DNA of 64,000 nt from a virus, in IMG/VR virus record IMGVR_UViG_3300021963_000102, positions 7,098 through 71,097 of that record; one strand, given 5' to 3'. The notes under the pieces were generated by a model. The model worked only from the letters and a program-made list of their open reading frames with translations. It was not told the DNA's origin and ran no database searches. A program made the position numbers and the translations under genes. The number at the start of each line of letters is the position of its first letter. The first letter of the stretch is position 1. Of the stretch, positions 30,894 through 39,327 are shown in pieces.

Positions 30894-31868
30894 TTAGTTA
30901 TTACGTCTCCAACCATATCTATTAGTACGATTGGGGAGTTCATACATATTAAATCTGTTAAGGTCATTCTTGATTCTACGTTGCTTAGTCCAAGCATCTT
31001 GCTTCTTAATCTCAATATCAGCCATGATGAATGCTTCTTCAGCCTGTTGTTTGTAGAAGGCTAGCTTTGATTGAAGCTGATTAAAGGTTTCATCATTGGT
31101 CTGGTTGGTGAGAGTTTCAATCACCTTATATTTGATGAAAGCCTCAATATATTCTCTAATACGATAGTTGTCAGGAATTAGCTGATTTCCATTAGGATCA
31201 TAGTCTGTAGCATAGAACAATAGATGCACAATTCCATTACGGAAGTTGGTAACAAACTTATTGTCTCTAATATCAAATGAGTCATATCCAGCAGATCCTG
31301 GTGTAAACTCATGTAAAGGAGGAGCTTCTTGATAAAACTCCCAGTTGTTTGTATAATCTACACCACAGTTCTTCCTAGCAGAAATGTTTCCTGGTTTTAA
31401 TAGGTATTCTCTTCTGTATTGAACAGCAGCAGTGTTGTTAGACTTATAGACAGCCTGAATAATAGCAGGCATACAATTCCCATCACACTGTGGATTTTGA
31501 CATCCAGGGTTGTTACAAGGGGTGCCTCCAATAGTGAGTGGGGAGATTTGAATAGTAGTGTGTGTAGAAGCTTGAGAATAGAAAGAATTAGCTGACTGAT
31601 AGGGGTAACCATTCACTGCTGTACACATCCAAGCTTCACGTACAGCAAAGAAGTTATCTGGTAGCCTAGCTTCATAGTCAGATATGTTGAGAATGTCTTC
31701 AGCAATTACATAGGTGGTTCTACCCAGCTTTCTAAGACACTTGTCCAGATAGGTGGGGAACATTAGATCATCAACAGCACCAGTATCAAAATAGCTCTTA
31801 AACTCCTCTTTTACAATAGAGTAGGTGGGCTCTGGGCTGGTGAAGTTGTATTTATAGTAGTATGACAT
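30894..31868 (-). CDS. Tail ring/tubular protein
   Basis: 324 aa between the IHF-like gene and the muzzle gene, matching crAss-like gene order; YATDYDPNGNQLIPD motif. Confidence 0.6.
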   Translation of the reverse strand: MSYYYKYNFTSPEPTYSIVKEEFKSYFDTGAVDDLMFPTYLDKCLRKLGRTTYVIAEDILNISDYEARLPDNFFAVREAWMCTAVNGYPYQSANSFYSQASTHTTIQISPLTIGGTPCNNPGCQNPQCDGNCMPAIIQAVYKSNNTAAVQYRREYLLKPGNISARKNCGVDYTNNWEFYQEAPPLHEFTPGSAGYDSFDIRDNKFVTNFRNGIVHLLFYATDYDPNGNQLIPDNYRIREYIEAFIKYKVIETLTNQTNDETFNQLQSKLAFYKQQAEEAFIMADIEIKKQDAWTKQRRIKNDLNRFNMYELPNRTNRYGWRRNN

Positions 31869-31874
31869 AGTGTA

Positions 31875-32351
31875 TTATCTTTTCCATTCACGATAGATTT
31901 GCTGATACTTGTCATTGGTTTTCAAGTAGTGTGACAAAAGTCTGGAGGTGGTTCTAGAGGGTTTGAAATACCAAAGCTCACCGTGTTTTAATCTGTGAGA
32001 GTTTTTAAACCACATCCATCCAAAGAAATATCCTTCTGTATGGAAGTTGAAATTGTAGATGATTTTACCCTTCTCTTTTGTCTTTTTCCAATCTACAGGC
32101 AGGTTGACAAACTCTTTACCATCTACTCCCTTCATCTTTCTACGCTTCTTCTTATTGATGGAGAACTCACCAAACCCAAAAGGGAGCTTTGCTTTCTCCC
32201 CAGTTTCTAGAATGTATTCCTTAAAAGCGTCTGTAAAAGAATAGATGATGTTTCTCCACTCATCAAATGTAAGTTTGATGGAGGGGTGCTTCTTACAGAA
32301 ATTGTTGTAGTTTTCTTTGCTTGAACTTCTCCAATCTACCTTTATTCGCAT
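31875..32351 (-). CDS. IHF/HU-like DNA-binding protein
   Basis: 158 aa, basic; ETGEKAKLPFGFGEFSINKKKR and YFKPSR resemble the IHF/HU arm motifs. Confidence 0.7.
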   Translation of the reverse strand: MRIKVDWRSSSKENYNNFCKKHPSIKLTFDEWRNIIYSFTDAFKEYILETGEKAKLPFGFGEFSINKKKRRKMKGVDGKEFVNLPVDWKKTKEKGKIIYNFNFHTEGYFFGWMWFKNSHRLKHGELWYFKPSRTTSRLLSHYLKTNDKYQQIYREWKR

Positions 32352-33079
32352 TAATTGGTTGGTTTAGTATTGGGGGCCTGACCATCAATACCTTCTGCTG
32401 TCATATCTGTCTTGAGTGAGAAATATGTAGCCAGAAGCTTTTGAGAGGTGAGCTCCAATACCTGCTTCTCCAGATAGCCTGGAAGAGCAAACTCCTTGTC
32501 TAGTGGATTAACACATAGTTGTTCCACTGTATACTGAGGAGTACCGCAACCACAAGCTGGATAGAGTATTTCATTAGGAACATCCTCCTCAAACAGAGCC
32601 ACTAGTCTGATAGCCTGTAGAAGCGGATTGCTCACATATAGATAGCCATTGCTTATCCAATAATACTCTTCCTTCTTAATGATGGGAAGTTTTAGAAGAT
32701 TTATATACCTATTGATGGTTATTTCCTTCAGCTTTTTTCCTTGTCCACTCATTGCATTAATTGAGTAGACACCCTGTATTACATATTGGTAATTACCCTC
32801 AGAAATACGAGGAAGTTTGTATTTGCTCCTAGCCACTGAGCAAGGGTCAACATATTCACAACATTCGGAAATAGGAACCTCTATCATCTCCAGACAAGGA
32901 ATAGTGGTGAACAGAGTGTCTGTTGCCCACAACTTTCTGAGGTTGGTTTCCCTTTTGAGAAGCAAAAGAGAATTGTTCCTAATTTCAGAAGCAATAGCCC
33001 TGTCCGTAATCAAGCTATCTGTAGACAGAAGCTTGTGGGCAGAGCGTACATCTGAAACTAATTTCCTTAACGTGGCCAT
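32351..33079 (-). CDS. Tail ring/tubular protein (P22 gp4-like)
   Basis: 242 aa; MATLRKLVSDVR N-terminus, CLEMIEV...RSKYKLP, YWISNGYLYV; gene order. Confidence 0.6.
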   Translation of the reverse strand: MATLRKLVSDVRSAHKLLSTDSLITDRAIASEIRNNSLLLLKRETNLRKLWATDTLFTTIPCLEMIEVPISECCEYVDPCSVARSKYKLPRISEGNYQYVIQGVYSINAMSGQGKKLKEITINRYINLLKLPIIKKEEYYWISNGYLYVSNPLLQAIRLVALFEEDVPNEILYPACGCGTPQYTVEQLCVNPLDKEFALPGYLEKQVLELTSQKLLATYFSLKTDMTAEGIDGQAPNTKPTN

Positions 33080-34329
33080 TATATATACTGTTTGAAAATG
33101 TTTGTCATTCCATTAATTTGGTCTATGAGAAAGCCAGTCACCTCACCTTTAGAAACTGTATATCCATTTTTATCATCCCATCCACTCTTTGCTGTAGAGA
33201 AAGCTGGAAGCTGGTAAAACTTGATACCATTGAAATCTAAGCTCATCTCATGATGTTTGTCTCCTGTGAAGATGTAGAAGTGATCATGGTCTGACCAATC
33301 ACTCTTATATTCCATAGGAAACAAGTTAGCAAGCTTGGCAGGTTTAAGAGCATCTCCATGGTTGAACATCATTGCTGAGTATCCATAGCTCACATACTTT
33401 CTATACCTAGGAGAGATGTCAAAAACTAAACGTTCTTCATTTCTGAAATAAGTTTGTAACCAGCTAGCTAGATGCCAGCCTACAAACTCATCATGGTTAC
33501 CAGCTACAAAAATCACCTCAACATTTATTGCTTTTTGAAGAAGCAGGTTGATGACACTTATTTCATGTTCACATATAGCTTGGAAAGCGCTGTGATAGGA
33601 AAGAATGTTCTGTTGAGGAGTGCCCTTTGTAGTGGTGTTGGTGAACTCACTGTTAAACTCGTCTGACCCAATAATGTATTTAATATCTGTTAGATTGTTA
33701 GCTAGGGAGGCTTGATTTAGAATAACATCCACCTTTTGAATGAAATTGTTAAATCTCTTCTCAATGTTGTTATCTCCTCCTATGTCCAGTTTGTTTAAAT
33801 GGGAGTCTTGTTTATTGATTATTAAACAGGAGTCTTTCTTATCTAAATCAAACTCAGGACCTACTATCTGGGATGAACAGGGTTCATATGTGCTTAAGAA
33901 AGAAACAAAGCTATCTTGGAATATCTGTTCATCTTTCTTTTTGCCCAACCAAGCCTTCACTTGGTAGTGAGGCTGGTCAGCATTTCCCCAGTAGTTTTGG
34001 ACGTATTTAGTTATTTCCCACTTGTCTGTATCTATCTTACATTTCTCAATAAGTTCTTCTAAACTCTTGATTTCTTCCTTTGAGTTGAACACCACCTCAC
34101 CTGTTCCCTTCTGTACATCTTCAAAGAACCTTACCACTTGGTCTTCTAGGTCTCCAATGTAGTTCCCCACCTCTGCCTCATTTCTAGTATCTTCCGAGTT
34201 TTTTATCTCTCTCAGCAGTTCATCCACCTCAGCTTCTTTAATGTTTAGCTTTTCTGCATAGAACTTTTTGCTCTTCTTCCAGTGAAGCATTTGCTCCAGC
34301 TGTTGCAGAAGGGATTGATTTTCAGGCAT
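33079..34329 (-). CDS. Calcineurin-like metallophosphoesterase with possible N-terminal HTH
   Basis: 416 aa; motifs DSH, GSD, AGNHD, NHGD and GDKHH. Confidence 0.8.
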   Translation of the reverse strand: MPENQSLLQQLEQMLHWKKSKKFYAEKLNIKEAEVDELLREIKNSEDTRNEAEVGNYIGDLEDQVVRFFEDVQKGTGEVVFNSKEEIKSLEELIEKCKIDTDKWEITKYVQNYWGNADQPHYQVKAWLGKKKDEQIFQDSFVSFLSTYEPCSSQIVGPEFDLDKKDSCLIINKQDSHLNKLDIGGDNNIEKRFNNFIQKVDVILNQASLANNLTDIKYIIGSDEFNSEFTNTTTKGTPQQNILSYHSAFQAICEHEISVINLLLQKAINVEVIFVAGNHDEFVGWHLASWLQTYFRNEERLVFDISPRYRKYVSYGYSAMMFNHGDALKPAKLANLFPMEYKSDWSDHDHFYIFTGDKHHEMSLDFNGIKFYQLPAFSTAKSGWDDKNGYTVSKGEVTGFLIDQINGMTNIFKQYI

Positions 34330-34357
34330 TTACGTTTTGATTTAGTTAAAATTGCAG

Positions 34358-34389
34358 TAAAGGTAGGAAACTTTTTGATATTTCCCAAA
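34358..34389 (-). promoter_or_regulatory. Bacteroidetes-type promoter (-33 TTTG, -7 TACCTTTA)
   Basis: One mismatch to TAnnTTTG, 20-nt spacer, between a terminator and the ATG at 34329. Confidence 0.6.
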
Positions 34390-34435
34390 ATTATCCAAAC
34401 ATTTTTCGTTATCCATGATAACATTTTTGGTTATA

Positions 34436-34500
34436 AATAAAAACTCCCCAGGGTAGAAACCCCAGGGAGAAGCCCTGAAAACCAACAAACAGGGCTTTTT
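34436..34500 (-). terminator. Tandem hairpins ending in an intrinsic terminator
   Basis: AAGCCCTG/CAGGGCTT, then CTCCCTGGGG/CCCTGGGGAG followed by TTTTTATTT on the minus strand. Confidence 0.75.
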
Positions 34501-34508
34501 GATAGCCT

Positions 34509-34766
34509 TTACATTATCATAGTGGTGGTTGTGGTTGTACACTCCACTATACTAATGTCAATATAATTTGTGCATACGGGAGGATTGTCAGACATCACCC
34601 TAATGATAGTGGTTCCATTAGGAACTAATACACTTGTATACCCAGCTAACAGAGCTGCTTTAGAAACACCTGTTTCAAAGGCTGATGTATATCCATCCAC
34701 ATCTGAATACAGGTTAAAAGGTCCTGTATCAGATCCAGCTACAGTGAGAGTTATTACTACAATCAT
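34509..34766 (-). CDS. Small virion protein: GPFN domain plus poly-Thr tail
   Basis: 85 aa, ends VECTTTTTTMIM; similar to the N-terminus of the 24545-25411 product. Confidence 0.7.
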   Translation of the reverse strand: MIVVITLTVAGSDTGPFNLYSDVDGYTSAFETGVSKAALLAGYTSVLVPNGTTIIRVMSDNPPVCTNYIDISIVECTTTTTTMIM

Positions 34767-35074
34767 AATAAAGTGGTGGTAGTGGTTGTTGTTGGTAAGC
34801 AGCCATTTACAAGCTCACAGAACTGAACGTGGAATGTGGGATTTACACGAAGAAGGATGAGAATAGTGTTCAGAATGTATTCTGGACATATCTTAGAATC
34901 TATCTTCTCTAGAGCAATATCAAGGGAATCTCCTGTATTTACACCAGAGCATGGAAGGTTGTTCCCATTGTAGATAATTTGACTAGCATCTAGACAAACT
35001 GGAGGACAAGGACCCATTCCTTCTGGGTATACAGGCCCTGTCTGATAACAGGGCATTCCTGGTAAACAAGCCAT
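34763..35074 (-). CDS. Small Cys-rich virion protein with poly-Thr tail
   Basis: 103 aa; YNGNNLPCSGVNTGDSL motif shared with the upstream fibre; ends GCLPTTTTTTLL. Confidence 0.7.
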   Translation of the reverse strand: MACLPGMPCYQTGPVYPEGMGPCPPVCLDASQIIYNGNNLPCSGVNTGDSLDIALEKIDSKICPEYILNTILILLRVNPTFHVQFCELVNGCLPTTTTTTTLL

Positions 35075-35085
35075 TTATAATTAGT

Positions 35086-36231
35086 TTATGGGATGTACAT
35101 AATATAGTAGCAAGCAAGAACAGGTGGGATGTTATTATGAGACTGGCCACCTCCTGTAGAATCATTATTCACACCTACAAATATTCCTGTTGTTTTTGTT
35201 TCACTTAATCCAAGAGTGGGTAAATTATTGCTACCTGTCATTCTATAAGACAAATCAGTTTCTAAATCATGTCTAAAATCAATGAATGTAGAAGGTGTTA
35301 CATCAGGAGCAGATGAGCCACTAGCAATAGCACCAACAAGTAGGTGGTTGTGTCCAGGATCTACAAGAGTGGTGTTAGCAACGTGTGTGTGGGCAGGAAT
35401 CTGTGGAGTGGTAAGTGTAATAGTGTTAGCACCTGTGGTAGTGTTGAGAGCATAGTTGGGGTTACCAGCTACACCAGGATCAACCACTGGACTAAGAGCT
35501 CCACCACCTGGAACAGCTTGAATAGCTCCTACAGGAATTCTTCCACGCTTATCAGGAGTGCCATTAGCACCATTACATAGATAGATGTCTTCAAACCCAT
35601 TAGCAGGGATACCTATACCAGCACCATCAAAGTTGCTGAGAGATCCATAGTATTCCACCACTGTATAAGGAACCATTCTATCCTTGTATTGTGTTACACC
35701 AGGAGCTGGTGTACAAGCTGCTACAAGAGCACAGAGCTCTGATTTCTTTACATAGTTGGTTTCAACATCCACTACAAAAGCATCAAAATTACCTTCTAGT
35801 AAGCAGAGCTTTGTAATGACAGCCTGAAGAATAGCGTGTGTGCCAGAGTTAGCATTTACACCTGAAAGACAATCTACATCATAAGGCCCTTCTAAAGCTG
35901 CTAAATCTGCTACAATAGCATCCACTTGCTCCTGTAAATCACAGGCAGCTTTAATAAGAGCTATAAACAGATCAAGAGCTGTAAGGTCTTGACAGTCAGG
36001 TAGATACTGTTGAACAAGTTCACATATAATATCAGGATCAATAACTGGCTTGATTCCTGTAGCATCTAATGTAGAAGTGAGAAATCCAATAAGAGTTTGT
36101 TCTACATAAGAAAGGGAATCTCCAGTTTGGATTCCTAAGAGTGGAACATTCACTCCTGTATATTTGACGCACTGATCTGATACTATCTCAGCGCAACCAT
36201 TAAAGCAATTTGAACAGTTTGAGGAGGACAT
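35086..36231 (-). CDS. Tail fibre/spike protein with tail-collar domain
   Basis: 381 aa; YLCNGANGTPDKRGRIPVGA...TLTTPQIPAHTH...GGGQSHNNIPP...YIM collar pattern with HxH motifs. Confidence 0.75.
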   Translation of the reverse strand: MSSSNCSNCFNGCAEIVSDQCVKYTGVNVPLLGIQTGDSLSYVEQTLIGFLTSTLDATGIKPVIDPDIICELVQQYLPDCQDLTALDLFIALIKAACDLQEQVDAIVADLAALEGPYDVDCLSGVNANSGTHAILQAVITKLCLLEGNFDAFVVDVETNYVKKSELCALVAACTPAPGVTQYKDRMVPYTVVEYYGSLSNFDGAGIGIPANGFEDIYLCNGANGTPDKRGRIPVGAIQAVPGGGALSPVVDPGVAGNPNYALNTTTGANTITLTTPQIPAHTHVANTTLVDPGHNHLLVGAIASGSSAPDVTPSTFIDFRHDLETDLSYRMTGSNNLPTLGLSETKTTGIFVGVNNDSTGGGQSHNNIPPVLACYYIMYIP

Positions 36232-36241
36232 TTATTTAGGT

Positions 36242-36370
36242 TTATGTGTGAGGAAAAAGAAGAGTGGTTGTGGTGGTAGTGGTTGATAGACAATCTGTTG
36301 GTATGCAGTTGTTTGGATAGTAAACTGTTACTATCACAGGGTCTCCACAAGGATCGTAATAGCAGTTCAT
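36242..36370 (-). CDS. 42-aa Cys/poly-Thr peptide (below the ORF-track cutoff)
   Basis: MNCYYDPCGDPVIVTVYYPNNCIPTDCLSTTTTTTTLLFPHT; ATGA overlap with the upstream stop; fills the intergenic gap. Confidence 0.7.
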   Translation of the reverse strand: MNCYYDPCGDPVIVTVYYPNNCIPTDCLSTTTTTTTLLFPHT

Positions 36371-36633
36371 TTGCTTATCAACAGTTTAACCCTACTAGCA
36401 ATCATCTCCACAGTATACATCTTTGCATAATTTGGATTGCAAAACTTATACGTGAGGATTCTTTTGTAATTCAGCAGGTCTAATATAGCTCCTGCTGGAA
36501 CAGGTTGATTTAAAATAAATACAACGTTATTGTACAGATTTCCAGCTAGTTGCTTGAGTTTGCAATCAATGTCATTAAGCAACGCTGGAATTGTGGAACA
36601 TTCTGGATAGTTGATTAATCTGGGAGTTAACAT
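36367..36633 (-). CDS. Small structural-module protein
   Basis: Likely start MLTPRLINYPEC at 36633; 88 aa. Confidence 0.6.
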   Translation of the reverse strand: MLTPRLINYPECSTIPALLNDIDCKLKQLAGNLYNNVVFILNQPVPAGAILDLLNYKRILTYKFCNPNYAKMYTVEMIASRVKLLISK

Positions 36634-36748
36634 ATCGTTTAAAGTTTTGTACGCCTTTACTTGCAGCTGCATTACATGCTGCACAAAGACCATTAATCAA
36701 TTGACAACCACATCCAACATTTGTGCCACATTTACTACATTTAGCCAT
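36575..36748 (-). CDS. 57-aa Cys-rich (CxxC-CGC-CxxC) protein (below the ORF-track cutoff)
   Basis: MAKCSKCGTNVGCGCQLINGLCAACNAAASK...; ATG 1 nt after the upstream stop; overlaps the next gene by 59 nt. Confidence 0.6.
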   Translation of the reverse strand: MAKCSKCGTNVGCGCQLINGLCAACNAAASKGVQNFKRYVNSQINQLSRMFHNSSVA

Positions 36749-36749
36749 A

Positions 36750-37316
36750 TTATTGGAAGTTTAATACATAGTTATTTCCACCGCATCCACAATTGTTCTT
36801 GATGAAATTATTCAACATCATGCTTGCTTGGTTATAAAGTTTGTTAGCTTCATCAATAGCGCAGTTGTTAGCTGCAGCAATAGATCCCTGTATAAAGAAG
36901 TAGATGGTGTTTAAATTCACCTTCTGCTGTGTTTTAATAGCTCTGTCACACTCCATCATATCAAGCTTCATAAAGGCCTCATCAAACTTTTCTTGTATGA
37001 GGTCTGTACGCATGATAGCTTTTTCTACGAAGTTTAGATAGGCAGGAGCAACAGTGTATTTAAACTTATACACTCCATCTGGGAGAGGCAATAGGGAATC
37101 CCCTAATGATGTAATTCCCAAACTTGTGGAGTTATAAATGTTAAAATCATTAACGTTAAAGGGAATGCTAACTGACCCAAAACCAGGAACAGTGATGTCA
37201 ATTGTGGGGGAAGAAACAACAGGAGGATTGGTCGGATAGGTAGATGCATCAGCAACACCAAGTGTGTACGAGTTGTACGTAGGTATCACTAATATATCAA
37301 GTTTCAAATCTGGCAT
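36750..37316 (-). CDS. Structural protein (tail hub/fibre-associated)
   Basis: 188 aa; LPDGVYKFKYTV motif, ends NNCGCGG; position in the structural module. Confidence 0.55.
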   Translation of the reverse strand: MPDLKLDILVIPTYNSYTLGVADASTYPTNPPVVSSPTIDITVPGFGSVSIPFNVNDFNIYNSTSLGITSLGDSLLPLPDGVYKFKYTVAPAYLNFVEKAIMRTDLIQEKFDEAFMKLDMMECDRAIKTQQKVNLNTIYFFIQGSIAAANNCAIDEANKLYNQASMMLNNFIKNNCGCGGNNYVLNFQ

Positions 37317-37323
37317 CTTATTC

Positions 37324-37374
37324 TAAATAAATAAGCCAGAGGATCTGAGTTTTAATCCTCTCACCTCTGGCTTA
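37324..37374 (-). terminator. Intrinsic terminator after the auxiliary capsid gene
   Basis: 11-bp stem TAAGCCAGAGG/CCTCTGGCTTA followed by TTTATTT on the minus strand. Confidence 0.65.
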
Positions 37375-37403
37375 GGTTATATGATGTTGTTTCTTAGCTA
37401 CTA

Positions 37404-38567
37404 TTACGGAATCAAGGTAGATGTAGTAGTAGTAGTTGGCCACACAGTGGTAGTAGTAGATGTAGTGGTAATACACTCGTTATCTGCTAATACAGTTCCT
37501 AATGCAGCCTCAAGGATGGCTTGAAGAGCAGTCTCTTCACCAGATCCTTTTTCAACAGCAATGATCACTCTGCTATCCTCCATGATGTAATCACCCCATT
37601 GGTAAGCAGTTTTGTCATACTCGTTGAAACGGATGTTGAAGGTGTTGTAAGTTGTACCATCACTCACCCAGCTTTCAAAGTTCTCATTGTAGCCATTCAT
37701 TCTGTACAAATGCTTCAAGTAACCTGCTTGGTAGCTGTAGAAGTTCTTCTCCAATTGTGCAATCTCTGCAGATGTACCGCTTGGATAAGAAGCACGCTGA
37801 ATAACAGTGGCATCAGCTACAATGTTACAAGCATCAGCTACAATGAAGTCAGCAGTTGTTGCTGGACCATTGTACACGAAAGTACGGAACCACATACGGT
37901 CATACTCCCAAGGGAATGCTGCAACATCACAAGGCTGTCCGTATTTAGTAAGAGGCTTACCAGTGATACGTAAGATAGCGTTCTGATCATTTCCAATACG
38001 TTGGAACTGATAGAATGTGTTGAAAGAGATGTTGTCAGGGTTGTTACCAGGAGCTTGTAATTCTAATTGATAGATGAACTGGTCAATAAGAGCAGGAACA
38101 TCTACAATAGAACAAGGGTCTCCACCACAATCACAACAAGGAGCTTGAACAGTTACACTACGAGTGAAACCGTTGAAATACAATGTGTCAATGTAGCTAG
38201 AGTGAGCACGAAGTGTTAAGGTAACAATGTCACCACACTGTACATTCCAATTAGTTACATCAGTCACCTGAGTGGCAGCAGTAGGACAACCTACAGTTTT
38301 GTACCATTCAGTTACATTGCTTGTGCAATTAGCAGTGGCACATCCTTTAATTTTATCAGAGCGTTTAGAACCCTGCAAGTAAGTGTTTGTGCGTCCTTGT
38401 GCTACATAGAAGTAGGGAGAAGCAGCAATGTTACCAGCAGTGGCTACAGCATAATCCGCTTTGAAGATACCCACTTTACCAGGGGTTAAGTCTTGCGTAG
38501 ATCCGCTATTGGCAATACCACTACCAACAGGAACTACGAAGAGCGTAGTTAATGAAAAATCAGCCAT
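37404..38567 (-). CDS. Probable auxiliary capsid/decoration protein with poly-Thr tail
   Basis: 387 aa, third gene after the MCP, followed by a terminator; GTSAEIAQLE motif; ends CITTTSTTTTVWPTTTTTSTLIP. Confidence 0.6.
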   Translation of the reverse strand: MADFSLTTLFVVPVGSGIANSGSTQDLTPGKVGIFKADYAVATAGNIAASPYFYVAQGRTNTYLQGSKRSDKIKGCATANCTSNVTEWYKTVGCPTAATQVTDVTNWNVQCGDIVTLTLRAHSSYIDTLYFNGFTRSVTVQAPCCDCGGDPCSIVDVPALIDQFIYQLELQAPGNNPDNISFNTFYQFQRIGNDQNAILRITGKPLTKYGQPCDVAAFPWEYDRMWFRTFVYNGPATTADFIVADACNIVADATVIQRASYPSGTSAEIAQLEKNFYSYQAGYLKHLYRMNGYNENFESWVSDGTTYNTFNIRFNEYDKTAYQWGDYIMEDSRVIIAVEKGSGEETALQAILEAALGTVLADNECITTTSTTTTVWPTTTTTSTLIP

Positions 38568-38595
38568 TTTGCTTTATTTTAATTGTTAAAAATGT

Positions 38596-39327
38596 TTATT
38601 CGTTCGTCTGAATTCTATACACTGAGCTTTGTACAGCAGATTGATTTTCAGTGTACATTGCTAGATTTTGTACTGTTAGGTCTAAGAGTTCATCCTCTAG
38701 ATAGGTTTCCAACTCACAATCAGAATCTATGGAAGGCATACCATCAAATCTAGTGTAACCAGTTTTATCAATGTATTGAGGATATCTCATATACATGATG
38801 TTAATAGTTTTTGGTATGAATGTACCATCTGTGAAGATGGATATTTCATCTGAAGATAGAAAGTTGAATGTTTCTTGATATTCAAAGGAGGGCCTGTAAT
38901 GGTCATTATTCAGAATGAACTGAAGGTCACCATGTTTAGCCAAGTCTCTGTTTATCCATATCTTTCTATCTTTACAAAGTCCTTTATCCGCAATTACATA
39001 TGCATCTACGTAAAACATGTATTTTGGATCAAGAAGATGTAAGGATGCTTTCCACTGATGTAGTTCTTCATTGAGTATTGTAAGCGTAAGAGGTTGGTGA
39101 TTATATGTAACCACTAAGCTCTGAAGATCCTCATAACGCTTTTTGAATGAGTCAAGACCCAGTCCACTAACTACGCTTATACCATCAACCTTTTGTTTTA
39201 TCAGCTTGATTTGAGCCTCATTAAGGGCTAAAATCTTATCCTCCAGGTTGATCTGCTGATGAACGTTGGTAGATAGTTTATTTAGTCGTTGGTCAATCTT
39301 GTACAATAAACTATCTACTGGTATCAT
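38596..39327 (-). CDS. Head-tail ring/adaptor protein
   Basis: 243 aa; LALNEAQ...YMRYP...DCELETYLEDELLDL pattern; conserved position. Confidence 0.55.
   Translation of the reverse strand: MIPVDSLLYKIDQRLNKLSTNVHQQINLEDKILALNEAQIKLIKQKVDGISVVSGLGLDSFKKRYEDLQSLVVTYNHQPLTLTILNEELHQWKASLHLLDPKYMFYVDAYVIADKGLCKDRKIWINRDLAKHGDLQFILNNDHYRPSFEYQETFNFLSSDEISIFTDGTFIPKTINIMYMRYPQYIDKTGYTRFDGMPSIDSDCELETYLEDELLDLTVQNLAMYTENQSAVQSSVYRIQTNE

Noticed and set aside
34342-34542. 66-aa minus-strand ORF
   Set aside because: It is an alternative frame of the poly-Thr tail and crosses a terminator and a promoter.
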